Source: an uncultured Actinomycetota bacterium (GTDB lineage Bacteria > Actinomycetota > Acidimicrobiia > Spongiisociales > UBA4744). From it: a stretch of DNA of 64,000 nucleotides. This document shows positions 61,772-64,000 of the stretch, piece by piece. The stretch spans positions 79,192 through 143,191 of the forward strand of contig CAWGNJ010000002.1 in NCBI GenBank assembly GCA_963823915.1, in the 5' to 3' direction. Position 1 is the first letter of the stretch. Each line of letters starts with the position of its first letter. The notes beneath the pieces are model-generated. The model had not been told where the DNA came from. It saw only the letters and a program-made list of their open reading frames with translations, and made no database searches. The position numbers were made by a program, and so were the translations under genes.

Positions 61772-62468
61772 CGTACTTGTAGCCGAGACCCCGAACCGTC
61801 ACGAGATGAACGGGCCGGTGGGGGTCTTCCTCGATCTTGTTTCTGATTCGACGGATATGAACGTCCAGGGTCTTCATATCACCGTAGTAGCCGGGTCCCC
61901 ACACTTCTTCGATGAGGTATTCGCGGGTAAGGAGCCGGCCCATTCGGCGGAGAAAGGTTGAGACGAGATCGTACTCCTTGGGGCGGAAATCGACCGGTTC
62001 GCCGCGCACGGTAGCTTCGTGCCTCGCAACGTCAAGACGAACAGGGCCTCCCTCCAGGATTTCTTCGGCAAGTTCCCGGGTGGGGACGGCCATAGCCACC
62101 CGGCGAAGATTGGCCCTCACCCGGGCTATCAACTCTCTCATCGAAAACGGTTTGGTGACATAGTCGTCTGCCCCGATTTCGAGCCCCGCTACTTTGTCCG
62201 CCTCAGCATCTTTGGCAGTGACGATGATGATCGGAACGTTGGACTCGGATCGCAGCGCCCGGCACACATCGAGCCCGGCCATTTCCGGGAGCATCAGATC
62301 GAGCAAGATCAGATCGGGTGGCTCCAATCGGGCGCGTCGGAGGGCATCACGCCCGTCGTAAGCCACGTCGACGTCGTAGCCCTCTCGTTCGAGGTTGTAG
62401 CGGATCGAGTCGGCCAAACTTGCCTCATCCTCAACGATCAACACCCGGCGAGCGCGGTCAGTGGCCAT
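61761..62468 (-). CDS. OmpR/PhoB-family response regulator (PhoP/RegX3-like)
   Basis: REC domain plus winged helix (VRGLGYKY). Overlaps both neighbouring genes. Confidence 0.9.
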   Translation of the reverse strand: MATDRARRVLIVEDEASLADSIRYNLEREGYDVDVAYDGRDALRRARLEPPDLILLDLMLPEMAGLDVCRALRSESNVPIIIVTAKDAEADKVAGLEIGADDYVTKPFSMRELIARVRANLRRVAMAVPTRELAEEILEGGPVRLDVARHEATVRGEPVDFRPKEYDLVSTFLRRMGRLLTREYLIEEVWGPGYYGDMKTLDVHIRRIRNKIEEDPHRPVHLVTVRGLGYKYVDV

Positions 62469-63144
62469 CTGGCTCTGTGTCCGGTCTGCCGAACTCCTGG
62501 AACTCGCCGGTGAGCAAGAACGCCACCTGTTCGGCGATGTCGACGGCCTGATCGCCCACTCGTTCCAAGGCTCGGGACACCATCAACATGGGCACGGCCC
62601 ACTCGAGTATCTCCTGGTCGGGAGCACACCGAGCAACCTCCGCGGTCATACTGCGGTTGAGCCGATTGACCGGTTCGTCCATCTCCGGAACCCGCAAAGC
62701 CAACCCAAGATCCCTTTGCACGAAGGCATCCATCGCCGTCCGTACCATCGGTTGCACCAGATCACCCATCTCCCGAAGGTGCTCGAGAATCATCGGTTCC
62801 CGGGAATGACCCTCGATCGACTTCACGATCTTGGCGATGTTGGCAGCCTGATCACCCATGCGTTCCAGGGTCACGAGGAGATGCAACACCGAAGACATCA
62901 AACGCAGGTCGATCGCCACAGGTGTCTGTAATGCCATCGTTTCCAGCCACCTCTCGTGAATGAGGAGGTACTTTTCGTCGATCAATTGGTCATCCTTGAC
63001 CACGTCGCCTGCCAGGACGCTGTCGTTTCTGAAGAGGGCATCGACCGCCCGCCCTACCGCCCGCTCGGCCATACCGGCCATCAAGACCAGTTCCTGTTCG
63101 ATCGCCTTCAACTCATCGTGGAAGTGCCGTCTTGGAACCGTCAT
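62458..63144 (-). CDS. phoU: phosphate signalling protein PhoU
   Basis: Two PhoU repeats ([24 protein letters not shown]). Follows pstB. Confidence 0.9.
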   Translation of the reverse strand: MTVPRRHFHDELKAIEQELVLMAGMAERAVGRAVDALFRNDSVLAGDVVKDDQLIDEKYLLIHERWLETMALQTPVAIDLRLMSSVLHLLVTLERMGDQAANIAKIVKSIEGHSREPMILEHLREMGDLVQPMVRTAMDAFVQRDLGLALRVPEMDEPVNRLNRSMTAEVARCAPDQEILEWAVPMLMVSRALERVGDQAVDIAEQVAFLLTGEFQEFGRPDTEPDGH

Positions 63145-63977
63145 CCGAACCGCCCGGTAATGTAGTCCTCAGTCTCTTTCTTGACGGGCCTCGTGAAAAG
63201 CTCCGCCGTCGCTCCAAATTCAACCACCTGGCCGGCCCGGTCCTGGTCCATGTTGAGGAAAGCGGTGAAGTCGGAGGCGCGGGCAGCCTGCTGCATGTTG
63301 TGAGTCACAATGATGATCGTATAACGCTCCCTCAACTCCTGAATGAGCTCCTCGATGCGCAAGGTGGCGATCGGGTCGAGGGCCGAGGTCGGCTCGTCCA
63401 TGAGGATGATCTCCGGCTTGACGGCAATGGTGCGAGCGATGCACAACCGCTGCTGCTGGCCACCCGAAAGCGACAATCCGGATTGATCGAGCTTGTCGTT
63501 CACCTCGCCCCAGAGTGCCGCCTGGCGAAGCGACTGTTCGACAAGATCATCCATATTGCCCTTGTAACCGTTGACTTTGGCTCCCCAGGCGACGTTGTCG
63601 TAGATGCTCTTGGGGAACGGATTGGGTTTCTGGAATACCATTCCCACCCGGCGTCGAACCTCGACCGGATCGATAGATTCCTCGTAGATGTCATTTCCGT
63701 GGAAAAGGACCCGGCCCTCGACCCGCGAGGTTGGAATGAGGTCGTTCATGCGGTTGAAAGCCCTCAGCACGGTGCTCTTGCCACAACCCGAAGGGCCGAT
63801 CAGAGCAGTTATGTAGTTGTCCCGGAACTGGAGCGAGACGTTCTTGACGGCCCGGAATGATCCGTAGAAAACACTCATGTCGACGGTCTCCATGGCATGG
63901 GTCACCGGGGCATCGTCATCTGCCGGACTCGGCATGCCGGGGGTGAGAGTCTCGATCCCCTGATCATCGATCGACAT
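63141..63977 (-). CDS. pstB: phosphate ABC transporter ATP-binding protein PstB
   Basis: [53 protein letters not shown] end. Confidence 0.95.
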   Translation of the reverse strand: MSIDDQGIETLTPGMPSPADDDAPVTHAMETVDMSVFYGSFRAVKNVSLQFRDNYITALIGPSGCGKSTVLRAFNRMNDLIPTSRVEGRVLFHGNDIYEESIDPVEVRRRVGMVFQKPNPFPKSIYDNVAWGAKVNGYKGNMDDLVEQSLRQAALWGEVNDKLDQSGLSLSGGQQQRLCIARTIAVKPEIILMDEPTSALDPIATLRIEELIQELRERYTIIIVTHNMQQAARASDFTAFLNMDQDRAGQVVEFGATAELFTRPVKKETEDYITGRFG

Positions 63978-63978
63978 C

Positions 63979-64000
63979 TCAGATTCTCCTTGCGTACCGG
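63979..64000 (-). CDS. last codons of an upstream gene (expected pstA), partial
   Basis: A minus-strand TGA at 63979-63981 closes a frame open to the window edge. Only 7 codons are visible, so the call rests on position alone. Confidence 0.25.

Overview
GC-rich chromosomal segment with an actinobacterial gene repertoire: dnaK-grpE-dnaJ-hspR, clpB, DUF3039, an F420/PPOX enzyme, an MprA/MprB/PepD-like module and a pstB-phoU-regulator-kinase module. I read about 70 protein genes. They include chaperones, a MoxR-DUF58-DUF4129 module, two two-component systems, several ABC transporters, RtcB plus archease, mscL, dxs and a Na/Pi-PhoU pair. I recognised no rRNA, tRNA, CRISPR, transposase, prophage or known defence genes. 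Three things stand out. (1) The intergenic DNA is unusually structured. It holds at least 12 blocks of 7-bp tandem repeats, a five-member nested-hairpin family (TTTTGGCGTCG..CGACGCCAAAA) with compensatory changes, and clusters of G-tract/C-tract hairpins. (2) A shared box (GATTCTCAT-N4-TTTTCAT) sits at similar distances upstream of three units: the MprA-like regulator, a divergent lipoprotein/HlyD-like/MacB-like operon, and one of two paralogous secreted (I/L)(T/S)xxQ-repeat proteins. This suggests an undescribed envelope-stress regulon. (3) Several dozen reading-frame breaks (manual, approximate count) interrupt almost 30 genes, including dnaK, clpB and dxs. The breaks are strongly clustered, and I read them as sequence or assembly error rather than biology. 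Coordinates of interrupted genes are reconstructed spans. All family names are from reading the translations, not from searches.
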